Source of the DNA: Myxococcota bacterium
Lineage (GTDB): Bacteria > Myxococcota_A > Polyangia > Nannocystales > Nannocystaceae
Direction of reading: 5' to 3'
NCBI GenBank assembly: GCA_039194325.1
Contig: JBCCWC010000013.1
Span: forward strand, 1 to 64,000
Length of the DNA stretch: 64,000 bases
This document shows positions 51,969 to 62,399 of the stretch, piece after piece (position 1 is the first letter of the stretch; each line of letters opens with the position of its first letter). The position numbers were made by a program, and so were the translations under genes. The notes under the pieces were generated by a model. The model made no database searches. It was not told the origin of the DNA and saw nothing but the letters and a program-made list of their open reading frames with translations.

Positions 51969-53039
51969 TCAGCGAGGGGTCGCGCTCACCCGAGCCCGAC
52001 GACCTCCTCGGCCTTCGCGGAGGGTCCGGGTAAAGAAGCGAGCAACCCCCACCGCCCCGGCCACTTTGTTGACCACGTTGGCGGTCGCGTAGAGGCGTGC
52101 GTCGTCGGCCCGGTCGCCACGACCGCGGCGCTCCTGCTCGATCTTCCGCCACAGATGTCCGTAGCGCCCCAGCAGCCCGAGGCTCAGGCCCAGCGTGGGT
52201 ACAGCGCCAGCGAGAGCCGCCGAAGGTAACGCCACGCCGTAGGCCAGCAGCGAGACCACCCGACGCAGGTGGTAGCGATCGCGGTGGATCCACAGCCCCT
52301 GGGCGTAGGCATGGCCCATACGAACCGAGCGCGTCCACCACTGCCGAAGCTGGTCCATGTCGATGTCGTGCTGGGCCATGTCGTCGGCCAGCCGAACGAT
52401 GGAGTAACCGGCCGCGCTCACCCGCAGGCACAGCTCACGCTCTTCGGCCGCGGGCATGTCGGCGTTCTGGCCTCCGGCGGCTTCCCACGCCTGCGCCCGC
52501 ACCATCATGATCCCGCCGGTCTCCTCGACCTCGCCCGCCGGCTGGTCCCACTCCATGTCGGCCAGGCGATGGTAGGGGTTACGCTCGCGATCACGCTCGC
52601 GCAGCCGGCCTGCCAAGACGCCGACCTGCGGGTTGTGGTGAAGGTGGTGAGACGCCGCGCGCAGCCAGCTCGGGTGGAGCTCGCAGTCGCCGTCGACGAA
52701 CTGCACGTAGCGCAAGCGAGGCAGGCGCTCCCGCAGCGCGGCGAAGCCCGCGTTGCGGCCCCTAGCCGGCGACAGCGGCTCGTCCGCGCTCAGCTCCACG
52801 ATGACCGCGTCAGGAAAATAACGACGCACGATCTCGACGCTGTCGTCGGTCGACGCGCTGTCCACATAGACCACCGCGCCCGCTTCGGCGCCTACCGAGG
52901 CCAGAGCCCGCCGCAGCAGTTGTCCCTCGTTTCGGCCGATGATCACCACCCCGAGCTGCTCGGGGAGGACGGCGTCCTTCGAAAGGTTGTCGACGAGTCG
53001 TTCGCAAGCGTTGAGGAAGTGCGATTGATGCTGGCTCAT
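51969..53039 (-). CDS. GT2 family glycosyltransferase
   Basis: IGRNEG, VDSASTD, ARGRNAG, FVDGD, EEREL. Confidence 0.9.
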   Translation of the reverse strand: MSQHQSHFLNACERLVDNLSKDAVLPEQLGVVIIGRNEGQLLRRALASVGAEAGAVVYVDSASTDDSVEIVRRYFPDAVIVELSADEPLSPARGRNAGFAALRERLPRLRYVQFVDGDCELHPSWLRAASHHLHHNPQVGVLAGRLRERDRERNPYHRLADMEWDQPAGEVEETGGIMMVRAQAWEAAGGQNADMPAAEERELCLRVSAAGYSIVRLADDMAQHDIDMDQLRQWWTRSVRMGHAYAQGLWIHRDRYHLRRVVSLLAYGVALPSAALAGAVPTLGLSLGLLGRYGHLWRKIEQERRGRGDRADDARLYATANVVNKVAGAVGVARFFTRTLREGRGGRRARVSATPR

Positions 53040-53229
53040 GAGGATCCTACCTAAGGTTGGGAAGATGAACGGCGAAGGCTGGACCATCGCTCGGCCACCC
53101 CCTTGGCGGATCGATCGATGGGCGTCGGCGACACCGAGATGAGAGCGCGACCAGCCAACGATGGCGCGTCACGCGGGCTTCGCTCCTAAAGTCAGACTTT
53201 TGCCCGCCTTGATTGCGACGCTCGGAATT
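53027..53229 (-). repeat. Copy 2 of ~200-bp duplicated leader/promoter
   Basis: Highly similar to 51674-51876. Confidence 0.88.
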
Positions 53230-53385
53230 TCCAAAAACACCCGAAAATCACCCCTTCAATGGGCGATCTGCTTCGAAGGGCTCCGCTCGAACACCTGCCG
53301 CGCGGTCGCGCTGGCGGTCTGCCGACCACCCGAGGGTTTCACCACCGATTCCTAGCCGTCGGCTATCACCGCTCGCGCTCGATAT

Positions 53386-54351
53386 ACCTACTCGTGCTCA
53401 AACGATGCGCAGTGCACCAACGGGCCCGCATCCGGAGTCTGCCAGCCCCAGACGGGGTGGTGCAGCTTCGAAGATTCCCAGTGCCCATCGATGCAGCGCT
53501 ACGGCGCCCTCGCAGCCAAGTCCCTGGCCAACACCTGCGTGCCTCTATCCGATGAGGAGACCTCGGGCCTCCCGAGCAACCCCGCGCTGCCCTCCGAGGT
53601 GCCCGAAGGCACCTCCACTGGCGACCCGGGCAGTACCCCCTTCGACGGCGAGAGCTCGGGCGACGAGACCACCGGCGACGAGACCACCGGCGGCCCCGAC
53701 ACGCCGCCCTCGCTCACGACAGACACGACCACGGCGGGCACGACCACCGATGACCCCTCGGCCGGCGTCGACGAAGGGACGACCGACCAACCCGAGCCCG
53801 GCTGCATCCCGCTCCTCTTCGACGATTTCGACGACGGCGCGATCGGACCCCAGTGGAGCTCGTGGACCGACGCCGGGGCCGACCTCGAAGAGAGCGGGTC
53901 GATCGTGCAGTTCTCGCTGGTCGGCGAGGCCGTCGGAGGCACGGATTCGGGGCTCATCAGCGTGGATCTCTTCGACCTCACCGAGGGACAGACGCGCATC
54001 AAGGTGGCCGAGCACCCCACCCCAGACTCCCCCATGCGGCTCTACGTGCAGTGGCTGACCGACAGCTGCACCCTGACGATCATCATCGAGAGCGACCAGA
54101 TCCATGCGCTGGGCTCCACCAGCAACGTTGGCCATGACGCAACGTGGTTTCAGATGCGCTCCGATGGTGCCCTCGTACACGCCGAGCGTTCGATAGATGG
54201 CGTGGTCTGGGAGCCGATCGTCCCGCCCCAGCCCCTCGAGTGCGACCTGAGCCAGACCCAGGTGCTCGCGTTCGGTGGCGCCGGCGGACCGAGCTCGGCG
54301 GGACCCACCGCCGCCCTCCAGATGCTCGAAGTCTGCGGACCCACGCCATAA
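53386..54351 (+). pseudogene. 5'-truncated paralog of the downstream lipoprotein
   Basis: In-frame homology (TYSCSNDAQCTNG...CPSMQRYG) begins ~53386, but there is an in-frame TAG at 53353, no start codon before ATG 53491 and no signal peptide. Confidence 0.65.
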
Positions 54352-54558
54352 CTCGCTCGGAGTCTGACGACCAAGTCAACCACTCGTTCCTCCCGCTCGA
54401 CGGCCTGCCACGATGAGCGGCCGATCGCTCGACCTGAACCGACGATCACGGGGGCGGGCGATCTCAGGGCCTCGACTGCGCGACACGTACTAAGGCCTAC
54501 AAAGGTACACCCGTGACGTCGGAACGCCCGAGATTTACACTTTTTACAAGGGATCCGC

Positions 54559-55599
54559 GTGGAGGGACGACGCCTATTCGACAACTGGCTGTGGCTCTTT
54601 GGAGCCGGCGTGCTCGCGAGTATGGTCGCGTGCAGCTCCGACACCTATTCGTGTTCGAGCGACGACCAGTGCACCAACGGAGACACGCCCGGCATCTGCC
54701 AGCCCGAGACCGGTTGGTGCAGCTTCGAAGATTCCCAGTGCCCATCGATGCAGCGCTACGGCGCCCTCGCAGCCAAATCCCTGGCCAACACCTGCGTGCC
54801 TCTACCGCAAGAGCAGACCTCGGGCCTCCCAAGCACCCCCGAGCCACCGACCCCCCAAACGCTCGAGGGCACCTCCACCGGCGAGACCAGCGGCACTACG
54901 TTCGACGACGAGGGCTCGGGCGATGGAACCATCACGACCACGGCCACGTCCACGTCCACGGCCACGTCCACGACCACTGGATCCACCGGCGGCTTCGAAA
55001 GCAGCGGCTCCGGCCCCGACATGGAGACGACCGGCGATCCCAACCCCGACTGCATGCCGATCCTCTTCGACGATTTCGCCGATGGCGTGCTGGATCCCGG
55101 GTGGAACACGTGGTCCGACCCCGGCACCTCGCTCAACGAAGATCAGTCGTCCCTTCGGTTCTCCGTGGTCGGGCAAGTCAACAGCTCCGCGGATACAGGG
55201 ATCAGCAGCATGGATCTGTTCGATCTCAACGAGGGGCAGATGCGCGTCGAGGTGGCCGAGTTTCCTACCCTGAGCTCCTCGATGCGGCTCTACATGCAGT
55301 TCGACGCCGGGGCTTGCGACGCGACGATCGTCATCGAGGACGACGTGATCTACGCCTTTGGCGAAGCCGGCACGATCGGCGACGACACGGTGTGGCTCGA
55401 GCTGCGCACCGACGGCGCGTTCCGCCATGCGGAGCGCTCGGTCGACGGCGTCGCCTGGGAGCCGATCGTACCGCCCCAACCCATCGAGTGTGACATGAGC
55501 CAGACCCGGGTCTATCTATTCGGCGGTACGAACGGAGCGAGCGCAGCGGGACCCACGACCGCCGTCGAGACGCTCGAGGCGTGCGTCGGCGGCCCGTAG
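54559..55599 (+). CDS. Lipoprotein: Cys-rich N-domain, Thr/Ser linker, beta-sandwich C-domain
   Basis: Lipobox SMVAC; clear paralog of 53386..54351. Confidence 0.8.
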   Translation: MEGRRLFDNWLWLFGAGVLASMVACSSDTYSCSSDDQCTNGDTPGICQPETGWCSFEDSQCPSMQRYGALAAKSLANTCVPLPQEQTSGLPSTPEPPTPQTLEGTSTGETSGTTFDDEGSGDGTITTTATSTSTATSTTTGSTGGFESSGSGPDMETTGDPNPDCMPILFDDFADGVLDPGWNTWSDPGTSLNEDQSSLRFSVVGQVNSSADTGISSMDLFDLNEGQMRVEVAEFPTLSSSMRLYMQFDAGACDATIVIEDDVIYAFGEAGTIGDDTVWLELRTDGAFRHAERSVDGVAWEPIVPPQPIECDMSQTRVYLFGGTNGASAAGPTTAVETLEACVGGP

Positions 55600-55665
55600 C
55601 GACGCACGGTACGGTGCTAGGCAACGGCACAACCCGGGCGGCTACTGCTTTTGCTACTGCTTTCG

Positions 55666-56640
55666 CTACTGCGGCAACCATTCGGAGATCGCCCGGCCAA
55701 TTTCATCTGGAGAGTCTTCTTGGACGAAATGGGAGCCCTTGACCGTCACCTCGGTCAGGTTGGGCCAAGTGCGCACGAAGTCGCGCGCATAGCCGACGAG
55801 GAACGCGCCCGGCTCGGCATTGATGAACAGCTTCGGCACATCCGACGCCGAGAGATAGTCCGCATAATCACCAACGATGGCGACCGTGTCTGCTGGTTCC
55901 CCGGCAATCGGAAGCTGGCGGGGGCCCGCGAGGGTCGGCCGACGATCTTCACCCGGGTCGACAAAGGGCCGGCGATACTCGGCATGCTCTTGCTTGCTCA
56001 GCTCACGTAGGATGGCGCTCGGGAGCAGCTGTTCGATGAAGAAGTTGTCTTCCAGCACCATTGGCTCCCCTTGTGGGGACCGGAGTCGCCCGATGACTTC
56101 ACGAAGATCCTCGGGGAATTCATCCCAGGTCGGAAATGGCGTCACGATGGCCTCCATGAATGCGATCCCCTTGATCGCATCCTGGTGTTGCTCGGCCCAA
56201 TGAAAGCCCAGCCCAGACCCCCAATCGTGAAGCACGAGCGTGACATTGTCTTCCACCCCCAGCTCTGCGAGGAGCGCGAACAAATACTTGCTGTGCTCAG
56301 TGACACTATAACTACCAGGGCCAGTGTCATCCAGTTTTTCCGAGTCACCCATGCCGACGAGATCCGGAGCGATCAAGCGGCCTCGCCCCTCGAGATGCGG
56401 CATGACGTTGCGCCAAAGATATGAAGATGTCGGATTGCCGTGTAGGAACACGATCGGATCGCCGGTTCCTGTGTCGATGTACGCCATCCGCTTGCCGAGA
56501 ATGGTCTTGAACTCTTTCTGGTAGCGACCGCCGCTCGTGTGCGAAGTCACACCTGAGGATTCCGAAGCGTCACACGCAGTCGGCGCACCTGCGTTCATCA
56601 CGGCCGTCGCCATCAAAGTCGTTGGACGAGAGGTCTTCAT
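55666..56640 (-). CDS. Haloalkane dehalogenase (LinB/DhaA-like)
   Basis: [25 protein letters not shown] nucleophile, [21 protein letters not shown] favours ATG 56640 (or 56646). Confidence 0.92.
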   Translation of the reverse strand: MKTSRPTTLMATAVMNAGAPTACDASESSGVTSHTSGGRYQKEFKTILGKRMAYIDTGTGDPIVFLHGNPTSSYLWRNVMPHLEGRGRLIAPDLVGMGDSEKLDDTGPGSYSVTEHSKYLFALLAELGVEDNVTLVLHDWGSGLGFHWAEQHQDAIKGIAFMEAIVTPFPTWDEFPEDLREVIGRLRSPQGEPMVLEDNFFIEQLLPSAILRELSKQEHAEYRRPFVDPGEDRRPTLAGPRQLPIAGEPADTVAIVGDYADYLSASDVPKLFINAEPGAFLVGYARDFVRTWPNLTEVTVKGSHFVQEDSPDEIGRAISEWLPQ

Positions 56641-56662
56641 CGGCATTCTCCTTGGGTCAGCA

Positions 56663-56683
56663 ATATATGACCGAGTCATATAT
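56663..56683. promoter_or_regulatory. Palindromic operator, probably for the adjacent MarR
   Basis: ATATATGAC-CGA-GTCATATAT; degenerate second copy at 56717-56733; lies between divergent genes. Confidence 0.75.
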
Positions 56684-56741
56684 ACAGACTCCAAGACGTC
56701 GTGGCCATTGCCTTTTTGTGATTCGGTCATATAATTATTCT

Positions 56742-57347
56742 GTGAGCTCAGACACGTACAGGACCAACCTGCTGGGGGCGTTCGCCACGACGATTGCCAC
56801 GCGCATCGACGAGCAGGTTGCCGGTGTCGGAGTGCGGGGCATCAATGCCGCGACGGCCCTGGTGACGATCCGCAACCACCCGAACGACAGCATCGAAGTT
56901 CTTCGCCGCGCCCTCGGCCTTACCCACTCTGGTGCGGTTCGACTGATCAACGGACTCGAAGACGACGGGCTGGTCGAGCGGCACCGAAGCCGCGATGATG
57001 GCCGCTCGGTCGTACTCCGGCTGACCCAACAGGGACGAGCACGGGCGGATCGGGTGCTCGGGGCCCGGACGAGCGTCACGAACAAGGTCTTCGACGCGCT
57101 ATCCACCGAACAACGAGACGCCCTCGCCCCGATCATGGAGGCCGCCCTCGAGGCCCTTACTCAGAGTAAAGACGGCGCACGACGCATCTGCCGGCTCTGC
57201 GACGAACAGGTGTGTCGACCGCAGGGATGTCCCGTTGAAATCGCCGCCATGTCTTGTTCCGCAACACCGAGCGCCCCAACTGCGTCTACGCAAGCCCCGG
57301 CACGCCCGCCGCTCTCTCGAGCGCGCCAGGGTCGGAGGCGACGGTGA
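56742..57347 (+). CDS. MarR family regulator with C-terminal Cys cluster
   Basis: [23 protein letters not shown]...[25 protein letters not shown]. Confidence 0.88.
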   Translation: MSSDTYRTNLLGAFATTIATRIDEQVAGVGVRGINAATALVTIRNHPNDSIEVLRRALGLTHSGAVRLINGLEDDGLVERHRSRDDGRSVVLRLTQQGRARADRVLGARTSVTNKVFDALSTEQRDALAPIMEAALEALTQSKDGARRICRLCDEQVCRPQGCPVEIAAMSCSATPSAPTASTQAPARPPLSRARQGRRRR

Positions 57348-57590
57348 CCGGCAGACCCAGCCCCGAACCCAGCCCCGAACCCAGCCCCGAGAGGTCGCGC
57401 AGCTCGTCGCCCTGCGGACAGTAAGCGTGACGCCTCCGGGCTGGGGGCCTGAGTCCGCAAAGCTCGGGTGCCCACGGACCCTCGATCTTTTTTCCATTTA
57501 TCCCAGAGACAAATCTTCCCCATCGACGACTTGCCCGCCGAGATTCACGAGGCCGGGCCAAGCCCAGGCCCAAGCCCAGGGGAGTAGGGT

Positions 57591-59300
57591 GTGAAGGGCA
57601 ATCGAGCTTACATTCGTGACCGCGCATGGCCGTCAGCCGGCGCGCTCGCGCTCATACTGACCACGGGCTGCTACGACGGCCGGGGCGATCTCGACTCGAG
57701 CGCCGGCCAAGATCCGACCCAGGATCCAGCGCAGGAGGGCGGCGAAGCCGGCGAGGACGATCCCCCGCCCGAGGGCTTTGAGCCCGCCCCCGGCGCGATG
57801 CGCCGGCTGACCAACGCCGAGTACGTCAACAGCATCGTCGACGTGTTCGCGCTGCCCTCCCCCCTGTCCCTCGACCTCGAGGTCGACGAGACGGCCGAGG
57901 AGTTCTTGTCGATCGGCGCGTCCCAGGTGGGCACCTCCGAGCGCGGCGTCGAGCAGTACCGCGACGCCGCCTTCGAGGTCGCGGCCATGGTGTTCGAGCG
58001 CAAGGCCGACTACCCGCGGCTGGCCGAGTGCGCGCCCACGGGCGCCGACGACCCCTGCGTGGGCGAGGCGCTGGCCTACTACGGACAGCGCCTGTGGCGA
58101 CGACCGCTGGAATCCGAGGAGCTCGCGCGCTACTCCGCGCTGGTCGACGCCCCCTACGAGGACGGCCAAGATCCCGCGCTCGGCCTACAGTACGCCGTGG
58201 CCGCGCTCATCGAGTCGCCCAACTTCATCTATGTGCCGCAGACAGGCCAAGACGATCCGGCCTCGGGCCTGCGCCGCTACACCGACCACGAGATGGCCAG
58301 CCGGCTGTCCTACTTTTTGTGGTCGTCGACGCCCGACGAGCAATTGCTCGCCGCCGCCGCCGAGCAGCGCCTGCACACCAGCGCCCAACTCGTAGAGCAG
58401 GCCGAGCGCATGCTCGAGGCCCCTCGCGCCCGCGACCTGGCCGCGCGCTTCTTCGCCGAGAGCTGGGGCGTCGATCGCCTGGCGCTCAACGACAAGAACA
58501 CCGAGGTCTTCGCACAATGGGACGACGCCTTGCTCGGTGAGTTCCGAGACGAGTTCGACGCCGTGCTGGCCGATCTCTACGATCGCGACGCCGATGTGCG
58601 CGAGCTCTTCGACGGGCGCACCACCCTCGCCAGCCCGGCGCTGGCCGAGTTCTACGGCCTGCCCGCCCCCGACGCGCAGGGCCAGGTCGCGCTGGACGAG
58701 CGCCGCTGGGGCATCCTGACCTCCGGGGCGGTGCTCGCCGCCAACTCGCCCTCCGATCGCTCCTCGCCGACTCACCGAGGCAAGTTCCTGCTCGAGAAGG
58801 TGCTGTGCGGGACCGTGCCGCCGCCCCCCGAGGACGTGGACGACACCCTGCCCGACGACGAGCCCGGCGACGAACCCAAGACCACCCGGGACAAGCTGGA
58901 GCAGCACGTGACCGATGTGGCCTGCGCGGCCTGCCACCAGCTCATCGACCCGCTGGGCTTCACCCTCGAGCACTACGACGGGATCGGAGCCTTCCGCGAC
59001 ACCGAGAACGGCCTGCCGATCGATCCCTCCGGGGTCTACGAAGGGGAGTCCCTGGCCGGGGTCGGCGACGTGGCTCGATTCCTGGCCACCAACGAGCGAG
59101 CCACCCGCTGCGTAGCGCAGCGCCTGATGAGCTACGCCACCGGCCGCGACTACCTACCCCGGGATCTCTCGGTGGTCGACGACCTGCATGCGGCGTTCGC
59201 CGATGAAGACTTCGTGTTCCGTATGCTGGTGATCGAGCTGGTCACCAGCCCCACCTTCCGCTACCTGGCCCCGACCGAGTCCGAGGAGGAGTCGTCATGA
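57591..59300 (+). CDS. DUF1592-family lipoprotein
   Basis: Lipobox TTGC, RRLTNAEY, LWRRPL, SPNFIY, ASRLSYFLW, SPTHRG, CAACH. Confidence 0.9.
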   Translation: MKGNRAYIRDRAWPSAGALALILTTGCYDGRGDLDSSAGQDPTQDPAQEGGEAGEDDPPPEGFEPAPGAMRRLTNAEYVNSIVDVFALPSPLSLDLEVDETAEEFLSIGASQVGTSERGVEQYRDAAFEVAAMVFERKADYPRLAECAPTGADDPCVGEALAYYGQRLWRRPLESEELARYSALVDAPYEDGQDPALGLQYAVAALIESPNFIYVPQTGQDDPASGLRRYTDHEMASRLSYFLWSSTPDEQLLAAAAEQRLHTSAQLVEQAERMLEAPRARDLAARFFAESWGVDRLALNDKNTEVFAQWDDALLGEFRDEFDAVLADLYDRDADVRELFDGRTTLASPALAEFYGLPAPDAQGQVALDERRWGILTSGAVLAANSPSDRSSPTHRGKFLLEKVLCGTVPPPPEDVDDTLPDDEPGDEPKTTRDKLEQHVTDVACAACHQLIDPLGFTLEHYDGIGAFRDTENGLPIDPSGVYEGESLAGVGDVARFLATNERATRCVAQRLMSYATGRDYLPRDLSVVDDLHAAFADEDFVFRMLVIELVTSPTFRYLAPTESEEESS

Positions 59301-60703
59301 GTCGTTCGCGTATCATTCCGGTCCGCGGTGCCACCACCACCCTGGGGCGTCGCAGCTTCCTTCGCGGCACCCTGGGGGCCAGCTCGGTGTGCGTGGGCCT
59401 GCCGCTGCTCGACATGATGCTCAACGACCACGACACCGCGCTGGCCAACGGCGATGGTCTGCCGGTGCGCTTCGGCGTGTTCTACTGGGGCGGCGGCGTG
59501 GTGCACAGCACGTGGATCCCCGAGCAGACCGGCTACGACTGGGCCCTGCCCGACTCGCTGACGCCCTTCTCCGATCTGCGTGAGTACCTCACGCTCGTCA
59601 CCGGCACCAACCATCAAAACTCCAGCCCCGGGCACATCCCCGCGCGGGGGATCGCGCTGTCGGCCTCGCACGACCCCGACACCTCGATCCAAGGGGTGGG
59701 CACCTGGCGCGGCCAGAAGCACCCCGAGCCCTCGGTCGACGCCCTGGTGGCCGAGCACTGGGAGGGGCTGACGCCCTTTACCTCGGTCGACGTGGGGATC
59801 TGCCGCAAGGGCCCCTATAAGTCCAACTCCTCGTGGAAGCGGGGCGGCGACGTCTATAACCGCCACGAGCCCGATCCCCGCGCCCTCTACGACCGGCTCT
59901 TTTCGGGGGGCGTCGACGAGAATACCGACTTTGGCCAGCTGGGGGCCTCGCGTCAGCTGGGGCAGAGCATGCTCGACGTGGTGATGGAGGACACCAATCG
60001 TCTCAACGCTCGCCTCGGCGCCAACGATCGCCAGCGCATGGAGCAACACCTCGAGGGCCTGCGGGCCATCGAGCGCCGGCTCGACGACTGGGAGGTGGCC
60101 TGCCAGCTGCCCGACTCGCCGGCCACGATGGACTACGGCGACGGCGGCAGCAACGAGCAGAAGCAAGAGAAGGCGCAGGTGATGTCCGAGCTGCTGGCGA
60201 CCGCGCTGGCCTGCGATCTGACCCGGATCTTCTCGTACGAGTGGTCGGCGACCCAGTCGGGGGCCGTGTACTGGGAGGTCGACGTGAACGAAGAGCACCA
60301 CCAGTACAACCACGACCACTCGCAGGGCGAAGGCATGCAGGCGATCACGCGCTTCATCATGCAAAACTTCGCCTACCTGGCCGAGGCCCTGCGCCAGCGC
60401 ACCGAGGGGGCGAGCAACGTGCTCGACAACACCCTGATCCTCGGGACCTCCGCGCACGCAATCGCCGGCTCACACAACTACAATGATCACCCCTATGTGC
60501 TGGTGGGCGGCGCTGGCGGGGGGATCAACGCCGGCCTGCACTGGCGACACCCCGACCCGGGCGGGAACCGAGAGTCGCCCAAGGTGCTGCTGACCGCCGT
60601 GCGAGCGGTGGGGATCGAGCAAGCAAGCCTGGGCCAGCAAGGCGGGCCCGGGGGCGTGGCCGACCGGGTGGTGACCGAGGCGTTCAGCGAGGTGCTCACC
60701 TAG
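59297..60703 (+). CDS. DUF1552-family protein
   Basis: ATGA-coupled; Tat-like GRRSFLRG, LPLLDMM, ACDLTRI, HHQYNH. Confidence 0.88.
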   Translation: MSRSRIIPVRGATTTLGRRSFLRGTLGASSVCVGLPLLDMMLNDHDTALANGDGLPVRFGVFYWGGGVVHSTWIPEQTGYDWALPDSLTPFSDLREYLTLVTGTNHQNSSPGHIPARGIALSASHDPDTSIQGVGTWRGQKHPEPSVDALVAEHWEGLTPFTSVDVGICRKGPYKSNSSWKRGGDVYNRHEPDPRALYDRLFSGGVDENTDFGQLGASRQLGQSMLDVVMEDTNRLNARLGANDRQRMEQHLEGLRAIERRLDDWEVACQLPDSPATMDYGDGGSNEQKQEKAQVMSELLATALACDLTRIFSYEWSATQSGAVYWEVDVNEEHHQYNHDHSQGEGMQAITRFIMQNFAYLAEALRQRTEGASNVLDNTLILGTSAHAIAGSHNYNDHPYVLVGGAGGGINAGLHWRHPDPGGNRESPKVLLTAVRAVGIEQASLGQQGGPGGVADRVVTEAFSEVLT

Positions 60704-62316
60704 CCCCGGGACTCGCCGAGCGCGGCGGCCTCCTCCACCAGCGAGAGGAACTCGCGGCGGGTCTGGTCGGGATCCTGGCCCACCGCGCCGGTGGCCAGGT
60801 CGGCCACGCGATCGAAGGTGGCGCTGCCGCGGTGCTCGCTTTTGCGGAGCACCATGCCGAACGCGGCCACGGCGGCCGAGAACCGGAAGTCGTTGGTGGT
60901 GTCCTGCAAGGGGCGGATCGGCACATTCACCGGGAGCTGCACCAACTGGCTCTGGTCGCCGTCGGGCGCCTTGTAGCGGATCTTGACGTGCATCGTCTCG
61001 TCCACGGCGGCGGTGGCCTTGGTCTCGCTTCCGGTCTGGTACTTGAGCGGATCGACCTTGCCCGAGAACTCGCCGGCGCCGGTGGGGACGATCTCGTAGA
61101 GCGCCGTCACCGTGTGCCCCGCCCCGATCTCACCGGCGTCCTTGCGGTCGTCGTTGAAATCCTGCTCGTTCAATAGGCGGTTCTCGTACCCCACCAGGCG
61201 GTAGGCCTCGACCACCTTCGGGTTGAGCTCCACCTGGAGCTTGACGTCCTTGGCGATCGGCACGAGCGTCGCGTTGGCCTGCTCCACCAGCACGCGCCGC
61301 GCCTCCTTCGCGCTGTCGATGTAGGCGTAGTTGCCGTTGCCGTGGTCGGCCACCTGCTCCATCATCGCGTCGTTGAGGTTGCCGGTGCCAAAGCCGAGCA
61401 CCGAGAGGAAGACGCCGCTCTCGCGGCGCTGCTCGATCATGTCCACCAGCTCCCCCTGGCTCGACGGGCCCACGTTGAAGTCGCCGTCGCTGGCCAGGAT
61501 CACGCGGTTGATCGCGTCCTTGTCGAAGTTACGCTGGGCCACGTCGTAGGCCAGCGCCAGGCCCTCGGCCCCCGCGGTCGAGCCCCCCGCCTGCAGCCGC
61601 CGAAGCGCCCGCTTGATCTTGCCCTTGTCGTTGGTCGGCTGTAGCACCACCCCGCTGGCCCCCGCGTAGACCACCAGGGCCACGCGATCTTGCTCCCGCA
61701 GGTCGTCCGCGAGCATGGTCAGCCCCTTCTTGAGCAAGCCGAGCTTTTCTGGGGAATCCATGGAGCCCGACACATCCACCAAGAACACGAGGTTGCGCGG
61801 CGGCACCTCATCGAGCGTGATGTGCTTGCCCTGGATCCCCAGGTGCACGAGCCGATGGGCGTCGTTCCACGGGCACGGGCCGATCTCGGCGGTCACCGAG
61901 AAGGGGTGAGGCCCCTGGGGCTCGGCGTAGTCGTAGTCGAAGTAGTTGATGAGCTCCTCCACCCGAACCGCGTCGGCCGGAGGTAGCTGGCCGTACGAGA
62001 GGAACCGGCGCACGTTGCTGTAAGAGGCCGTGTCGACGTCTACGCTAAACGTGGACAGCGGCTGATCGGCGACCGCGACGAAGCCGTTGTCGTCGATGTG
62101 GTTGTAGTCCTCGGAATCCATGGGCGGCGCATCCCAGCCCCAGTCCGCATCCGCCGGTGCGCCTGCCATGCCGGGCATCCCACTCATCATTCGATAGCGA
62201 GTAGCCCCTTTGTTGCAGCCCGCGGGGAGAGCGGCGCCAACAGCGCACAACGTAAGTGCCGCCAAACTACGGCGTAGGACCGAAGACCAGGGGGAGGGAG
62301 CGCACGGGGAGGGCAT
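60700..62316 (-). CDS. vWA domain lipoprotein (YfbK-like)
   Basis: STFSVDVDTASY, EELINYF, DVSGSM MIDAS, SDGDFNVG, YRLVGYENR, DAGEIGAGH. Confidence 0.92.
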   Translation of the reverse strand: MPSPCAPSPWSSVLRRSLAALTLCAVGAALPAGCNKGATRYRMMSGMPGMAGAPADADWGWDAPPMDSEDYNHIDDNGFVAVADQPLSTFSVDVDTASYSNVRRFLSYGQLPPADAVRVEELINYFDYDYAEPQGPHPFSVTAEIGPCPWNDAHRLVHLGIQGKHITLDEVPPRNLVFLVDVSGSMDSPEKLGLLKKGLTMLADDLREQDRVALVVYAGASGVVLQPTNDKGKIKRALRRLQAGGSTAGAEGLALAYDVAQRNFDKDAINRVILASDGDFNVGPSSQGELVDMIEQRRESGVFLSVLGFGTGNLNDAMMEQVADHGNGNYAYIDSAKEARRVLVEQANATLVPIAKDVKLQVELNPKVVEAYRLVGYENRLLNEQDFNDDRKDAGEIGAGHTVTALYEIVPTGAGEFSGKVDPLKYQTGSETKATAAVDETMHVKIRYKAPDGDQSQLVQLPVNVPIRPLQDTTNDFRFSAAVAAFGMVLRKSEHRGSATFDRVADLATGAVGQDPDQTRREFLSLVEEAAALGESRG

Positions 62317-62399
62317 CGCGGCCCCGAACGACCACGGGAGGACGACGCTTACAGCGGTCCGCTCGTGGGTTCACACGACGCGGCGCTACCCTCCGCGTC

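Noticed and set aside
57355..57390. Short tandem repeats (CCAGCCCCGAAC here; GCTACTGCTTT at ~55641-55672)
   Set aside because: Simple slippage repeats with no evident function.
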